64,000 bases of DNA from Candidatus Poribacteria bacterium (GTDB taxonomy: Bacteria; Poribacteria; WGA-4E; WGA-3G): contig OZ219750.1 of assembly GCA_964291315.2 (NCBI GenBank), positions 288,001 to 352,000 on the forward strand, given 5' to 3'. Position 1 is the first letter of the stretch. Every line of letters begins with the position of its first letter. Positions 41,620-53,095 of this stretch are shown in pieces. Below the pieces are notes generated by a model, which saw only the letters and a list, made by a program, of their open reading frames with translations, had not been told where the DNA came from and did not search any database. The translations under genes were made by a program, and so were the position numbers.

Positions 41620-42825
41620 ATGAAAGATTCAACGTTTATAACAAGGGTTCAACTGAAAAATTATAAGAGTATCGCGGCATGTGATGTGCAGATGCGGTCT
41701 TTGACGTTCCTTGTAGGGCGCAACGGTTCAGGGAAAAGTAATTTTCTTGATGCCCTACGTTTCGTTGCCGATGCGTTGAATCTATCACTGGACCACGCTG
41801 TACGCGACCGAGGTGGTATTAGCGATGTGCGCCGTCGCTCTCGTGGGCACCCAAATCATTTCAATATTCGTCTTGAATTTGCTCTGCCTGAAGGCTCTAC
41901 GGGCCACTACACTTTTCAAATCAGGACGCGTTCACCTGGCGGTTACAAGGTCCAAGCTGAAGAGTGTAAGATTCAGAACAAGCTGTCCCTTATGCCGGAG
42001 GAATACTTTTTTGTTGATGAGGGTACCGTGACGCGCAAAAGTGTTGATGTAGCCCCGGCGGCGGCTACTGATAGACTGTATTTGGTAAACGCTTCTGGTT
42101 TGCCCGAATTTCGCCCTGTCTATGAAGCGTTCTCTCAAATGGGATTTTATAGTCTCAACCCCGAGAAGATTCGTGATCTGCAGGCACCAGATTCCGGCGA
42201 TATGCTCCTTCGTGACGGGAGTAACTTAACAAGTGTGCTTACTCGGCTTTCGCCCACCGTAAAGAGGGACATTGAACGATATCTTGCACGAATTGTTCCT
42301 GGGGTTCATACGGTAGATGTCAAAAATTTTGGACCGAGGGAGACATTGGAGTTCAGACAAGTTGTCACGGGGGACAAACACCCCTGGAAATTTCTTGCGA
42401 ATAATATGTCTGCCGGTACACTCCGCGTATTCGGAATTCTGGTAGCACTATTTCAAGGGCGGTGTGATGTCCAAAAGCATGTACCCCTTGTCGGCATTGA
42501 GGAACCAGAGCTGGCCCTCCATCCGGCAGCTGCAGGGGTGCTGCTTGAGGTACTTCAGGATGCTGCTCGCAAGACGCAAGTTATCGTCACCAGTCACAGT
42601 CCGGATTTGCTCGATGATAAACACTTGGATCTGGAATCGATTCTTGCAGTCGAGGCGCATGAGGGAAATACGGCAATCGCTCCTATAGACGAAGTAGGGA
42701 GGTCTGTATTGCACGATCGACTCTATACAACAGGGGAACTCCTTCGGCTTGATGAGCTACGACCTGATCCAACTCGGGCATCTATAGGTGATAAGGCGGC
42801 CGGAAAGCAGCTTGATTTGTTCTAG
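41620..42825 (+). CDS. AAA_21/RecF-SMC-like ABC-type ATPase
   Basis: LKNYKSI, GRNGSGKSN, MSAGTLR signature, GIEEPELALHP, TSHSP. Confidence 0.88.
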   Translation: MKDSTFITRVQLKNYKSIAACDVQMRSLTFLVGRNGSGKSNFLDALRFVADALNLSLDHAVRDRGGISDVRRRSRGHPNHFNIRLEFALPEGSTGHYTFQIRTRSPGGYKVQAEECKIQNKLSLMPEEYFFVDEGTVTRKSVDVAPAAATDRLYLVNASGLPEFRPVYEAFSQMGFYSLNPEKIRDLQAPDSGDMLLRDGSNLTSVLTRLSPTVKRDIERYLARIVPGVHTVDVKNFGPRETLEFRQVVTGDKHPWKFLANNMSAGTLRVFGILVALFQGRCDVQKHVPLVGIEEPELALHPAAAGVLLEVLQDAARKTQVIVTSHSPDLLDDKHLDLESILAVEAHEGNTAIAPIDEVGRSVLHDRLYTTGELLRLDELRPDPTRASIGDKAAGKQLDLF

Positions 42826-42867
42826 GCTGGTAAAGCGGAGTCAAATCGAGCGTAAAGGAAATATTGA

Positions 42868-43506
42868 GTGGCGGTGAAAATTAGTTGCATTGTTGAAGGG
42901 GATAGTGAATTGGAATCTGTACCTGTCCTGATTAGGCGGGTCTCAGCGATGTGTTATCCTGGTGTGGCGCTTGTCATCCCACGACCTATCCGCATTCCCA
43001 GAAATCGGGTTATTAAAATCGGTGAACTTGAACGAGCAGTTGAGTTGGCTGCTCGGAAGATCCGGAGGCAGGGAGCTATATTTATCATCCTTGATTCTGA
43101 TCGTGATTGCCCGGCGCACTTAGGACCGAAGCTGCTTCAACGGGTTTTACGAACTCATCGAAATCTGCCGGTTGCCGTTGTGCTTGCAAAGTGCGAATTT
43201 GAGGCATGGTTCCTCGCAGCAGCTGAGTCCCTTCGTGGACAAAGAGGGTTAAGAAGCAATATCTACGCGCCGAACGATCCGGAGGCGATCTGTGGGGCAA
43301 AGGAATGGTTAAGTCAGCATATGCAAAATGGGAAAACTTACAAATCAAAGCGCGACCAACCCGCACTCGCAGCGATTTTTGATATAGAGCAGGCGCGTCG
43401 ATCCAATTCGTTTGACAAGTGCTACCGGGAGATCGTTCGTCTCCTCGGCGAGCTGCGAGAACCAGTTAAAATAACCAGTAAATCAATAAGGCAGCTAACA
43501 AAGTAA
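42868..43506 (+). CDS. DUF4276-like (TOPRIM-type) protein partnered with the ATPase
   Basis: IVEGDSE, ILDSD, EFEAWFLA, SNSFDK pattern. Confidence 0.75.
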   Translation: MAVKISCIVEGDSELESVPVLIRRVSAMCYPGVALVIPRPIRIPRNRVIKIGELERAVELAARKIRRQGAIFIILDSDRDCPAHLGPKLLQRVLRTHRNLPVAVVLAKCEFEAWFLAAAESLRGQRGLRSNIYAPNDPEAICGAKEWLSQHMQNGKTYKSKRDQPALAAIFDIEQARRSNSFDKCYREIVRLLGELREPVKITSKSIRQLTK

Positions 43507-43524
43507 CCAGATGGAGAGTTTAAT

Positions 43525-44928
43525 ATGGAAAACAGACCGAACGTCATTTTTGTTCTAACTGATGATCAGGGCCCTTGGGCTGCTGGATGCTGTGGCAACG
43601 ATGAGGTGAGGACCCCTCATTTAGATCGATTGGCATCGGAAGGCACTCGGTTCTCAAATTTTTTCTGCACAAGCCCTGTCTGCTCGCCTGCACGCGCCAG
43701 TCTTATGACGGGGCGTATTCCCTCAGCACACGGCGTACACGATTGGATTCGGGACGGAAATATGCCTCCCGATCGTGCGCGATATCTGGATGGGCTCACC
43801 TGTTATACCGATGTTTTAGCCGATAATCATTATAAGGTCGGATTGAGCGGGAAATGGCACCTTGGCGATAGTTTGACACCACAACACGGTTTCAGCCACT
43901 GGTTTGCTTTACCGACCGGCGGCAGCAAATACAACGACGCAGATATGATCCGAGAGGGAGAGGTTGAGATGCAACCTGGCTACCTCACTGATGTCATCAC
44001 CGATGACGCGTTGGATTTTATCTCGACCAACAAGGATGGCCCGTTCTATCTCAGTGTCAACTACAACGCGCCGCATACCCCTTTCACGGGGCACCCGCAA
44101 GACATCGTTGACTCTTATGACGATTGTCCTTTTAAAACGTGTCCACAAGAGGCACTGCATCCGTGGGCGGTGCAGGGGGCAGCTGTTCATATGGGGAACC
44201 GTGAGTCATTGAAAGGCTATTTTGCAGCGATAACAGCGCTTGATTTAAACGTTGGGCGGATTCTTGATAGATTGGCGGAGCTCGGGATCCGTGAGAATAC
44301 CCTTGTTGTTTTCAGTAGTGACAACGGTTACTCGTGTGGACATCACGGGTTTTGGCATAAAGGGAACGGAACGTTTCCGTTGAATATGTATGAGAACTCG
44401 GTTAAAGTCCCGTTTATTGTAAGTCAACCGGGTAGGATTCCAGAGGGACGCGTCAGTGAGTCGATGGTTAGCCAGTATGACTTCATGCCGACACTCCTAG
44501 GTTATCTCGGTCTGCCTGATCCGAATGACGATATGTCCCCGGGCAGAAGTTTCGTTCCGGCGCTTTCTGGAGAAACAGACGAAGCGCAAGCCGAGATCGT
44601 CATTTATGATGAATACGGTCCTGTCCGTATGATTCGTACGCAAGAGTGGAAATATGTGCATAGGTACCCGTACGGCCCCCATGAGCTCTATGATCTCATG
44701 AACGACCCGGGTGAACGAAAAAATCTCATAGATGAAAAGTCACAGAGCTCACGGATAACCGACATGCGGCAACAGATGGGGGCATGGTTCCAGCGATATG
44801 TCTTGCCTGAATTAGACGGGGCAAGATGTTCTGTTAGCGGCGGTGGACAGGCTGCGAGAATTGAAGAAGGACAGTGTAGCGAGGGTGCGTTCCATCCAAG
44901 GTATGCACCCCCTCAGCGCAATGTGTAG
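43525..44928 (+). CDS. Cys-type (formylglycine) sulfatase
   Basis: PNVIFVLTDD, CSPARASLMTGR, GKWHLG, SDNG, ELYDL..DPGE. Confidence 0.95.
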   Translation: MENRPNVIFVLTDDQGPWAAGCCGNDEVRTPHLDRLASEGTRFSNFFCTSPVCSPARASLMTGRIPSAHGVHDWIRDGNMPPDRARYLDGLTCYTDVLADNHYKVGLSGKWHLGDSLTPQHGFSHWFALPTGGSKYNDADMIREGEVEMQPGYLTDVITDDALDFISTNKDGPFYLSVNYNAPHTPFTGHPQDIVDSYDDCPFKTCPQEALHPWAVQGAAVHMGNRESLKGYFAAITALDLNVGRILDRLAELGIRENTLVVFSSDNGYSCGHHGFWHKGNGTFPLNMYENSVKVPFIVSQPGRIPEGRVSESMVSQYDFMPTLLGYLGLPDPNDDMSPGRSFVPALSGETDEAQAEIVIYDEYGPVRMIRTQEWKYVHRYPYGPHELYDLMNDPGERKNLIDEKSQSSRITDMRQQMGAWFQRYVLPELDGARCSVSGGGQAARIEEGQCSEGAFHPRYAPPQRNV

Positions 44929-44995
44929 CAGCGTTTTGTTAGGCGGGTGCTACTATAATCGATAGCTGGCAGCCAATAGATACGAAAGGAGTGAA

Positions 44996-45883
44996 ATGGC
45001 AAGAGCATTTGCCCCTGGTAACATCTCTTGTGTTTTCAAGGTTATTCCGCACCACGATGCTACCCGTATGCACTCGCTCGGCATGGGCTTCACGGTTACA
45101 GAGGGTGTAGATGTTGCTGTTTCTAATCATCGTAAAACAGAGATTCTGTTTAATGGGAAGGACATTAAGTTTCCCACGGTGCGCGCTGTTGTCGAACGAT
45201 TGGTTCAGAACACAGATCTAGCAGGCATAAGAGTAGCTATTGTTTCTACTTTGCCGCTCGGTTGTGGCTTCGGACTTAGCGGGGCTGCTGCGCTTGCAAC
45301 AGCTTACGCGCTCAATGAACTCTTGCATCTAGGCAAAGATACGGAGTGGCTCGCGATGATAGCACATGTCGCGGAGGTTGAAAATCGTACCGGACTCGGA
45401 GATGTATGTTCACAATATCACGGGGGCTGTCTTGTTAAGTTGAAAGAGGGTGCACCTTTGGTTGCCGATAGATTGCCGATTGCGGAACAACCTATCTATT
45501 ATCGTTATTTTGGTCCTATTCAGACAAGTGAAGTGCTTGGCGACAGAAAACAGACCTTGCGTATTAATCGTGCTGCCGATGTTGCCTTAAACACTCTGCG
45601 AACGCTTACACACGTCACTGCTAGGGGGTACCTAACGGACAGTGTACGGGGCAGTATCGGACTCTTTAACGCCTGTTTTGCTGCCTCAAAGCAGTTTTCA
45701 GTGGAGAGTGGTTTGCTCAGGGATACCCGGGTAATTGACACAATTGCGCAGATTGAGTCAGAAGGTGGTGTTGCATCGATGATTATGTTAGGAAACGGCG
45801 TTTTTAGCACGCATCCGTTTGCAGGGGCAAAGCAGACACGATTGGCTAACAATCCGGCACGTCTTGCAGGTGTGAGGCAGTAA
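44996..45883 (+). CDS. GHMP kinase resembling archaeal-type pantoate kinase
   Basis: AFAPGNIS N-terminus, LPLGCGFGLSGAAAL, AHVAEVENRTGLGDV...GG, SMIMLGNGVF. Confidence 0.72.
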   Translation: MARAFAPGNISCVFKVIPHHDATRMHSLGMGFTVTEGVDVAVSNHRKTEILFNGKDIKFPTVRAVVERLVQNTDLAGIRVAIVSTLPLGCGFGLSGAAALATAYALNELLHLGKDTEWLAMIAHVAEVENRTGLGDVCSQYHGGCLVKLKEGAPLVADRLPIAEQPIYYRYFGPIQTSEVLGDRKQTLRINRAADVALNTLRTLTHVTARGYLTDSVRGSIGLFNACFAASKQFSVESGLLRDTRVIDTIAQIESEGGVASMIMLGNGVFSTHPFAGAKQTRLANNPARLAGVRQ

Positions 45884-45912
45884 CATCGGTTTCTACTGCT
45901 GGAGTAGACAAA

Positions 45913-47802
45913 ATGAGAATTCTGCTTTGTCTTTTGCTTTTTTCCGTATCTGTTGCTTTCGGTGCGGTGGAAATTGAAAATGTAACGTTCGGATTCAGTG
46001 ACGGCTACAAAACAGGTACCTGGGCCCCCTTAACTGTTACCGTCCGAAACCAAAATGAGTTAAGCGTATTTGTTGGAGAATTGGCGGTAGAGGTCCGCAA
46101 TTTTTCTTCGGATATCCCTCTTGAACGGTACATCACTCCGCTCCGGCTAGGTCCAACTGAGCGCCAACAGAGCCCCCTTTCTGTCTATTGCTCGAAGAGT
46201 GCCACACGACTTGTTATCGAACTCCGCCCTCGAACAGCTGGGCAAGGCGTTTACAACCCGGTTGCGTTCCAGGAGATACTACTGCCGACCCCTATCGCAC
46301 GCAAAGATTATTTTTTGTTGATGTTGGTACCGAGCGGGGACAAGCTAAAACAGCTTATTGATAAAAAAGTGTTAAAGGCTTCTGACGATGCCCAGGTACA
46401 TATTAAGTACCTTCCGAATCGGGAAGCTTTGCGCCACTACTGGATCGATTACAGCGCTGTTGATGTTCTTGTTATCCGTGAAACCTTTTTAACAGAAAGA
46501 CATGTGCCTAAAGCGAAACAGACAGCGTTGCTTGATTGGGTGCGGCGTGGGGGCACTCTTATTATGTCCGGAGGCGGCAGCTTTAACGCCGTGAGAGCGG
46601 GTTTTGTAGAACCCTATCTCCCTGTTGAATTGAAAGGTTTAAAGAGGGTAGATACATTTTCGGATGCCTTGTATGCGCAGCTCGGTTTGCAGTTTGTCAA
46701 CGGCGATGGAATTTTGTTTGAGCGTATTGATTTCGCGCCTAGAGCAGAATGTGAAACGTTAATCGGTACCGATGAACAGATTTACGTCGCCAAACGTGAC
46801 TTTGGGGATGGACAAATTCTTTGTCTCAGCTTTGATTACAACGTTTCGCAGTTCTCGGAGCAAGAGATAGGTGAAGCTTTTTGGCAACACTTGCTGGGTA
46901 AGTACGGTAAATCTCCGCGGCATCTTGCGGATCGTGCAGCGTTTTTTCGTCAGCATGAGGAGAAGATTTATAGACAATTTCTGTCTAAAATGCCAACACA
47001 GGTTCCACTCATTAAACTGCTTGCTGTTGTTTTACCGGTATACCTTCTCGTTTTTGGCGGTTTCTTGCTCTGTTTTAGGAGGTTTAAACAGAAGTCGTCT
47101 ATCTATTGGATGGGTGGCTGTCTCTTTATCCTAATTGCAACGAGTACAATTGCGGTGGCAAGACACATCTTTCCTAATGACATGGTGGTAGACCGCTTCT
47201 CAATTTTGTCTGTTTATCCTGAGCAGCGGGCACATCTACAGAGTTTTGTTTTTATCAGGTCTACTACGCGGACGAAAACATTCATCGAGTTTCCGGAGGG
47301 TACTTTTATCCGCCAGCAGGAAATAGGATTGTCTCAACCGACTAGAACGTTGATTCAAGGTTCGCGTGCTCAACTACAAGATGTCTTTTTGGACCCTTGG
47401 AGTCCTACAGTTTATGTAAGAGAAGCGTTCACACAACACCGACCGGTTAGATTGGAAAACGCGTGGCGTATCACAAATAAGGATATAACTTACTTAGGCG
47501 ATATCGGTCTAAGAGCACAATATCTGTTTGGAACAGAAAACCGGATTCCAATTGGTGTGAACATGAGGCGACAGTCCTTAAAAATACCGCCTGATAAAGA
47601 ATTGAAAGACGCTCGAAAGATATTTGCACGTATTCTGCAACAAGAGGGTGTATTGCAATATCTGACAACGGGAACGAATTTGGACCAAGAACCCTGCATT
47701 ATTGGATGGACTTCTCAAGAATTTGCTGATATGGTAACGGATGGAAGTGTGCACACGAATGATGAAACTCTGGTAATTTTTCGATCTGGGCCCAGTCTCT
47801 AA
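45913..47802 (+). CDS. Exported/membrane hypothetical protein with a GATase-like subdomain
   Basis: Signal peptide; GYKTGTWAP; ALLDWVRRGGTLIMSGG; two internal TM helices. Confidence 0.65.
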   Translation: MRILLCLLLFSVSVAFGAVEIENVTFGFSDGYKTGTWAPLTVTVRNQNELSVFVGELAVEVRNFSSDIPLERYITPLRLGPTERQQSPLSVYCSKSATRLVIELRPRTAGQGVYNPVAFQEILLPTPIARKDYFLLMLVPSGDKLKQLIDKKVLKASDDAQVHIKYLPNREALRHYWIDYSAVDVLVIRETFLTERHVPKAKQTALLDWVRRGGTLIMSGGGSFNAVRAGFVEPYLPVELKGLKRVDTFSDALYAQLGLQFVNGDGILFERIDFAPRAECETLIGTDEQIYVAKRDFGDGQILCLSFDYNVSQFSEQEIGEAFWQHLLGKYGKSPRHLADRAAFFRQHEEKIYRQFLSKMPTQVPLIKLLAVVLPVYLLVFGGFLLCFRRFKQKSSIYWMGGCLFILIATSTIAVARHIFPNDMVVDRFSILSVYPEQRAHLQSFVFIRSTTRTKTFIEFPEGTFIRQQEIGLSQPTRTLIQGSRAQLQDVFLDPWSPTVYVREAFTQHRPVRLENAWRITNKDITYLGDIGLRAQYLFGTENRIPIGVNMRRQSLKIPPDKELKDARKIFARILQQEGVLQYLTTGTNLDQEPCIIGWTSQEFADMVTDGSVHTNDETLVIFRSGPSL

Positions 47803-47819
47803 TTGTAAGAGGGTAAACT

Positions 47820-48746
47820 ATGGATGTACTGTCGCTCGGTATTTATGTTGTTGATGTCTTAGGACGGCCGATAGATCAATTTCCTGAGAAGGGAAAATTA
47901 GTGCTCTTTGATGAACTTGAGATCCATACCGGGGGTTGTGCTAACAATGTGGCTATTGCGCTCGCGCGCCTTGGTATCTCGGCCGGTGCGATCGGTAAAG
48001 TGGGGATGGATTCTTTTGGTGGCTTAATGCTGCAGACACTCACAGACAACGGTGTTAACACGGTCGGCATGCGGCGGGAGGCCAATGCTAACACCTCATT
48101 TACGTTTGTCGCCGTTGCCTCCGATGGGGAACGAACTTTTTGTCACTATATTGGTGCAAATGGTGAGTTCTGTGAGACAGACCTTAATTGGGAACTCATC
48201 AAAACCGTCAAAATTTTGCACATCGCCGGTGCGCTCGTCATGCCGGGTTTTGATGGTTTACCGATGGCAAATGTTCTTCGAAGGGCGAAGGCGTTGGGCA
48301 TAACCACGTCACTTGACACGGCATATGATGCCACGGGAAAATGGATGGAGGTACTCGAACCGTGCTTGCCTTACGTAGACATGTTTATGCCGAGTATCCT
48401 TGAGGCGCAACATCTCACGGGTCTATCTGAATACAGAGAGATCACGCGGTTTTTACGAGACAACTACGGGATCCATACTATTGTTATTAAGATGGGTGAA
48501 AACGGCAGTTACGCCTCGACACCGGAATCGGAGTATTTATCTCCTGTATATCCTATGAATGTTGTTGACGCAACGGGCGCAGGTGATGCTTACGTCGCAG
48601 GTTTTCTTGCAGGGACGATCATGAATTGGGATCTAAAATCAACTGCGGAATTAGCGTCTGCCACCGGGGCTGCGTGTGTTACTGCTGTTGGCGCGACTGC
48701 GGGCATCCAGAATCTGGAAAAAACCTTGGAGATTATCAGGCAATAG
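47820..48746 (+). CDS. PfkB-family carbohydrate kinase
   Basis: GGCANNVAIALARLG, GKVGMDSFG, VDATGAGDAY. Confidence 0.93.
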   Translation: MDVLSLGIYVVDVLGRPIDQFPEKGKLVLFDELEIHTGGCANNVAIALARLGISAGAIGKVGMDSFGGLMLQTLTDNGVNTVGMRREANANTSFTFVAVASDGERTFCHYIGANGEFCETDLNWELIKTVKILHIAGALVMPGFDGLPMANVLRRAKALGITTSLDTAYDATGKWMEVLEPCLPYVDMFMPSILEAQHLTGLSEYREITRFLRDNYGIHTIVIKMGENGSYASTPESEYLSPVYPMNVVDATGAGDAYVAGFLAGTIMNWDLKSTAELASATGAACVTAVGATAGIQNLEKTLEIIRQ

Positions 48747-48765
48747 TCAGGGGTTAGGGGTTAAC

Positions 48766-48792
48766 GGGGCATTTGGTGCGAAACGCCTCTAC
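48766..48792 (-). repeat. GTAG-headed REP-like palindrome
   Basis: Minus strand GTAGAGGCGTTTCGCACCAAATGCCCC forms an imperfect hairpin; a half copy GTAGATGCGGTTTGTAAC lies near 41572-41589. Confidence 0.45.
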
Positions 48793-48863
48793 AAATAGGG
48801 TACTGATGCCTGAGGTTGGCGTGAATCGGAACGCCCAGGCAGCAACCGATAGCAATAAAAAAC

Positions 48864-49826
48864 ATGGAAAACACGGTGATCGTTCAAACAGAGAACCTAT
48901 CCAAATGGTACGGTGAGGTCATGGGTGTGAATGGTGTGACGCTGACAGTTCACCCCGGAATAACCGGCTTACTCGGGCCAAATGGCGCGGGCAAAACAAG
49001 TCTGATCAAACTCATGACAGGCCAACTCAAACCTAACCAAGGGGAAGTGAAGGTACTGGGCCAACCGGTATGGAATAACCTTGACTTGACTCGGCAGGTG
49101 GGCTACTGTCCGGATATAGAACTAGCGTATCAATTCATGAGCGGTTTCGAGTTTGTCACTTTTTTCGCGATCTTAAGCGGATACGACACAGCGGAGGTTG
49201 AATCCCGGAGTCTACAGGTTCTGGAAAGGGTCGGGATGCTTGAAGCAAAGCATCGGCCTATCGGTTCTTATAGCAAGGGGATGCGCCAGCGAATCAAACT
49301 TGCCCAGGCGTTGGTACATGAGCCTGAACTCCTTTTCCTTGATGAACCGCTCACAGGCTTGGATCCGAATGGGAGGCGTTATGTTCTCACATTATTGCGG
49401 GAACTTGCTGATAAAGATGTGAGCATTGTGGTTTCGAGTCATATTCTCTATGAGATCGAGGCGTTAACAGAAAGCATTCTGCTTATTCATCAGGGCCGTA
49501 TCCTCGCCGAAGGCACTATCTCCGATATCCGAGAGCTAATTGACGAACACCCGCATAAGGTCTACCTAAGCACTGATGAGCCGCGCCGTTTAGCGCAGGT
49601 CTGCCTTTCGTTTGAGGACATCCTCAGTGTAACGTTTGTTGATTGCCATGGTTCTGTAGACGAGCCAGAAACGGGTGAAGCAGGCGATATTATCATTGAA
49701 ACAGCGAAACCCGATGCTTTCTATGCTCGCCTCCCTCAGCTTCTTGTCGAAAATGAGTTGGATGTTTCTCAACTTTACTCCCCTGATGATAATCTCTCTT
49801 CTGTATTTAAGTATTTGGTTGGCTAG
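48864..49826 (+). CDS. ABC-2-type transporter ATP-binding protein
   Basis: GPNGAGKT, YSKGMRQR, FLDEP, SSHIL. Confidence 0.92.
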   Translation: MENTVIVQTENLSKWYGEVMGVNGVTLTVHPGITGLLGPNGAGKTSLIKLMTGQLKPNQGEVKVLGQPVWNNLDLTRQVGYCPDIELAYQFMSGFEFVTFFAILSGYDTAEVESRSLQVLERVGMLEAKHRPIGSYSKGMRQRIKLAQALVHEPELLFLDEPLTGLDPNGRRYVLTLLRELADKDVSIVVSSHILYEIEALTESILLIHQGRILAEGTISDIRELIDEHPHKVYLSTDEPRRLAQVCLSFEDILSVTFVDCHGSVDEPETGEAGDIIIETAKPDAFYARLPQLLVENELDVSQLYSPDDNLSSVFKYLVG

Positions 49827-49831
49827 GTATT

Positions 49832-51007
<1,176 letters not shown>

Positions 51008-51195
51008 TCAAGCCGCTGGCAGTTAGCGCTTAACGAGCACGGATTTCCAAATTCGGACTTATTTCTATACCTTGCACATTGAGAATTATAGAAAGCCCGA
51101 AAACTCAAGGTACCTGCTGCTAACTATTTGTTATTGTTTTTTTATACGAGATTTGCTAAAATGTCTACAGAGATTTAGATTAAGGAAATAACGCG

Positions 51196-51603
51196 ATGGA
51201 TTGTATTTTTTGTGAAATTGTTGCTGGTAACATTCCAGCATCTACAGTCTACGAAGATGATCACGTTTTGGCTTTTATGGATATTGCCCCTGCAAATCCT
51301 GGGCATACGCTTGTTATACCTAAGCAGCACTATAGAAACATCTTCGATATGCCCATGGAGGTTGGCAGTAAGATTATGCAAACCGCGATTCCAATCGCGA
51401 ATGCTATCAGGACAGCATTGAATCCTGATGGACTTAACCTATTTCAGTCGAGCGAAGCAGCAGGATTTCAGACCGTATTCCATTTCCATCTCCATCTGAT
51501 TCCGCGTTGGGAAGGGGACTCGTTGCGATTACCTTGGCGACCCAGCGATGGAAATATGGAGGAGATCGGCAAGGTTGCCACAAAAATTCGAGGAGTTTTG
51601 TAA
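51196..51603 (+). CDS. HIT-family nucleotide hydrolase
   Basis: CIFC, GHTLVIPK, HFHLHLIPR. Confidence 0.93.
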   Translation: MDCIFCEIVAGNIPASTVYEDDHVLAFMDIAPANPGHTLVIPKQHYRNIFDMPMEVGSKIMQTAIPIANAIRTALNPDGLNLFQSSEAAGFQTVFHFHLHLIPRWEGDSLRLPWRPSDGNMEEIGKVATKIRGVL

Positions 51604-51627
51604 GGATAGGTCAGAGAAAGGAGTTTT

Positions 51628-52335
51628 ATGAACATCTTGATTACCTCTGCTGGTTCTGAACTGGCACGTAATGTGGCTGAAGCATTGGCGGAAACTCATA
51701 CGCTCCGCTTAACAGAACTGCATCCTGTCGAAAATGTTATAGGGACTTTCATTCAAAGCGGACTGGGACACGACGAGGCGACTGATGAACTCGTCCGCGG
51801 TATAGATGCTATTATCCATATTGCTGAAGTGCCTCGGCAATCTCTTGCTGAAGCCGATCAACCTGATAATTACGTTATTGACTATCAGACGCGTTGCACT
51901 TATAACTTGCTAATGGCAGCGTCGGCAGTAGGCGTGAGGCATGTCATTTACGCAAGTACGCTCCGCCTCTTTGAACAACACGACGAAAACTGGACGGTTA
52001 CGGAGAGTTGGCGGCCTCGCCCTTCTGTTGGTAGCTTCGTACTCTCAAAGCACCTTGGTGAATTCACGTGTAGAGAATTTGCACGGGAACGGAAACTTGA
52101 CGTAACCTGTTTCCGCCTCGGCAATCTTGTTACCGCAGAGGCGGCATCGACCTCTGAATATGATTCGATGTGGCTGGAGATGAACGATGCAGTTGCTGCT
52201 TTCCGATGTGGACTAAATGCTTCTGCGCCGTGGCGGATTTTTCATATTCAGTCAGAGTTCCCCGGCTCTCGCTTCTCAATTGGGAAAGCTAAGTCGCATC
52301 TGGGCTTCAATCCGACATTCGTGCCATCGCGCTAA
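51628..52335 (+). CDS. NAD-dependent epimerase/dehydratase-like protein with degenerate motifs
   Basis: ILITSAGSELA in place of GxxGxxG; FVLSK in place of YxxxK. Confidence 0.7.
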   Translation: MNILITSAGSELARNVAEALAETHTLRLTELHPVENVIGTFIQSGLGHDEATDELVRGIDAIIHIAEVPRQSLAEADQPDNYVIDYQTRCTYNLLMAASAVGVRHVIYASTLRLFEQHDENWTVTESWRPRPSVGSFVLSKHLGEFTCREFARERKLDVTCFRLGNLVTAEAASTSEYDSMWLEMNDAVAAFRCGLNASAPWRIFHIQSEFPGSRFSIGKAKSHLGFNPTFVPSR

Positions 52336-52369
52336 TAAATCGCAACCTTTTTCTTAAGGAGGCCTATCA

Positions 52370-53095
52370 ATGAAAGTCCTCGTTTTAGGCGGGAACGGTT
52401 ACCTGGGGCCACATGTCGTTAAAGCCTTAGAACCTTACTATACACTGCGCGTCACGGATGTCAACGAGGTTGAAACCAAACATGAATCAATGCACATTGA
52501 TGTCAGTTCGCTTGATCAAGTGATGCGGGCAGCCGAGGGCATGGATGCAATACTCAATTGTTCTGTGCTTCGACACGATCGCCGGTTGGCATTTGATGTC
52601 AGTACGCGTGGGTGTTATAATACCATGTGCGCAGCTGTTAAACACGGGATCCGGCGTGTTATCAATACGGGACCACATTTTACCATTCAAGGCGACAGTT
52701 ATACCATTTTTGACTATGAAATTAACCCTGATGTCCCACCGCATACCAGCACTGGGCTCTATCCACTCACCAAGGGCCTCGGACAGGAGATCTGCAAAGT
52801 CTTCACCGAGCATTACGACATCTATGTCCTCTGTTACCTGTTTTTGAGTTTCCGTGAACATGAAGATCAATCGGAAGGCACCGATCTCAATCCGTTTTCG
52901 GTCAGTTGGCGAGACGCGGGCGAAGCGTTCCGACTCGGTTTAGAAATCCAACTCGAAAAGTTACCCTCGCGTTGTGAGGTTTTTAATATCTTTGCGGATC
53001 TACCACATCAGCAGTTCTCCAATGTCAAAACGAAACGGATCTTAGGGTTCAAACCACAGGATAATTTTGAGCAGATGTGGCATAAGAAAAATTAG
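52370..53095 (+). CDS. NAD-dependent epimerase/uronate dehydrogenase-like protein
   Basis: VLGGNGYLG, YPLTK. Confidence 0.82.
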   Translation: MKVLVLGGNGYLGPHVVKALEPYYTLRVTDVNEVETKHESMHIDVSSLDQVMRAAEGMDAILNCSVLRHDRRLAFDVSTRGCYNTMCAAVKHGIRRVINTGPHFTIQGDSYTIFDYEINPDVPPHTSTGLYPLTKGLGQEICKVFTEHYDIYVLCYLFLSFREHEDQSEGTDLNPFSVSWRDAGEAFRLGLEIQLEKLPSRCEVFNIFADLPHQQFSNVKTKRILGFKPQDNFEQMWHKKN

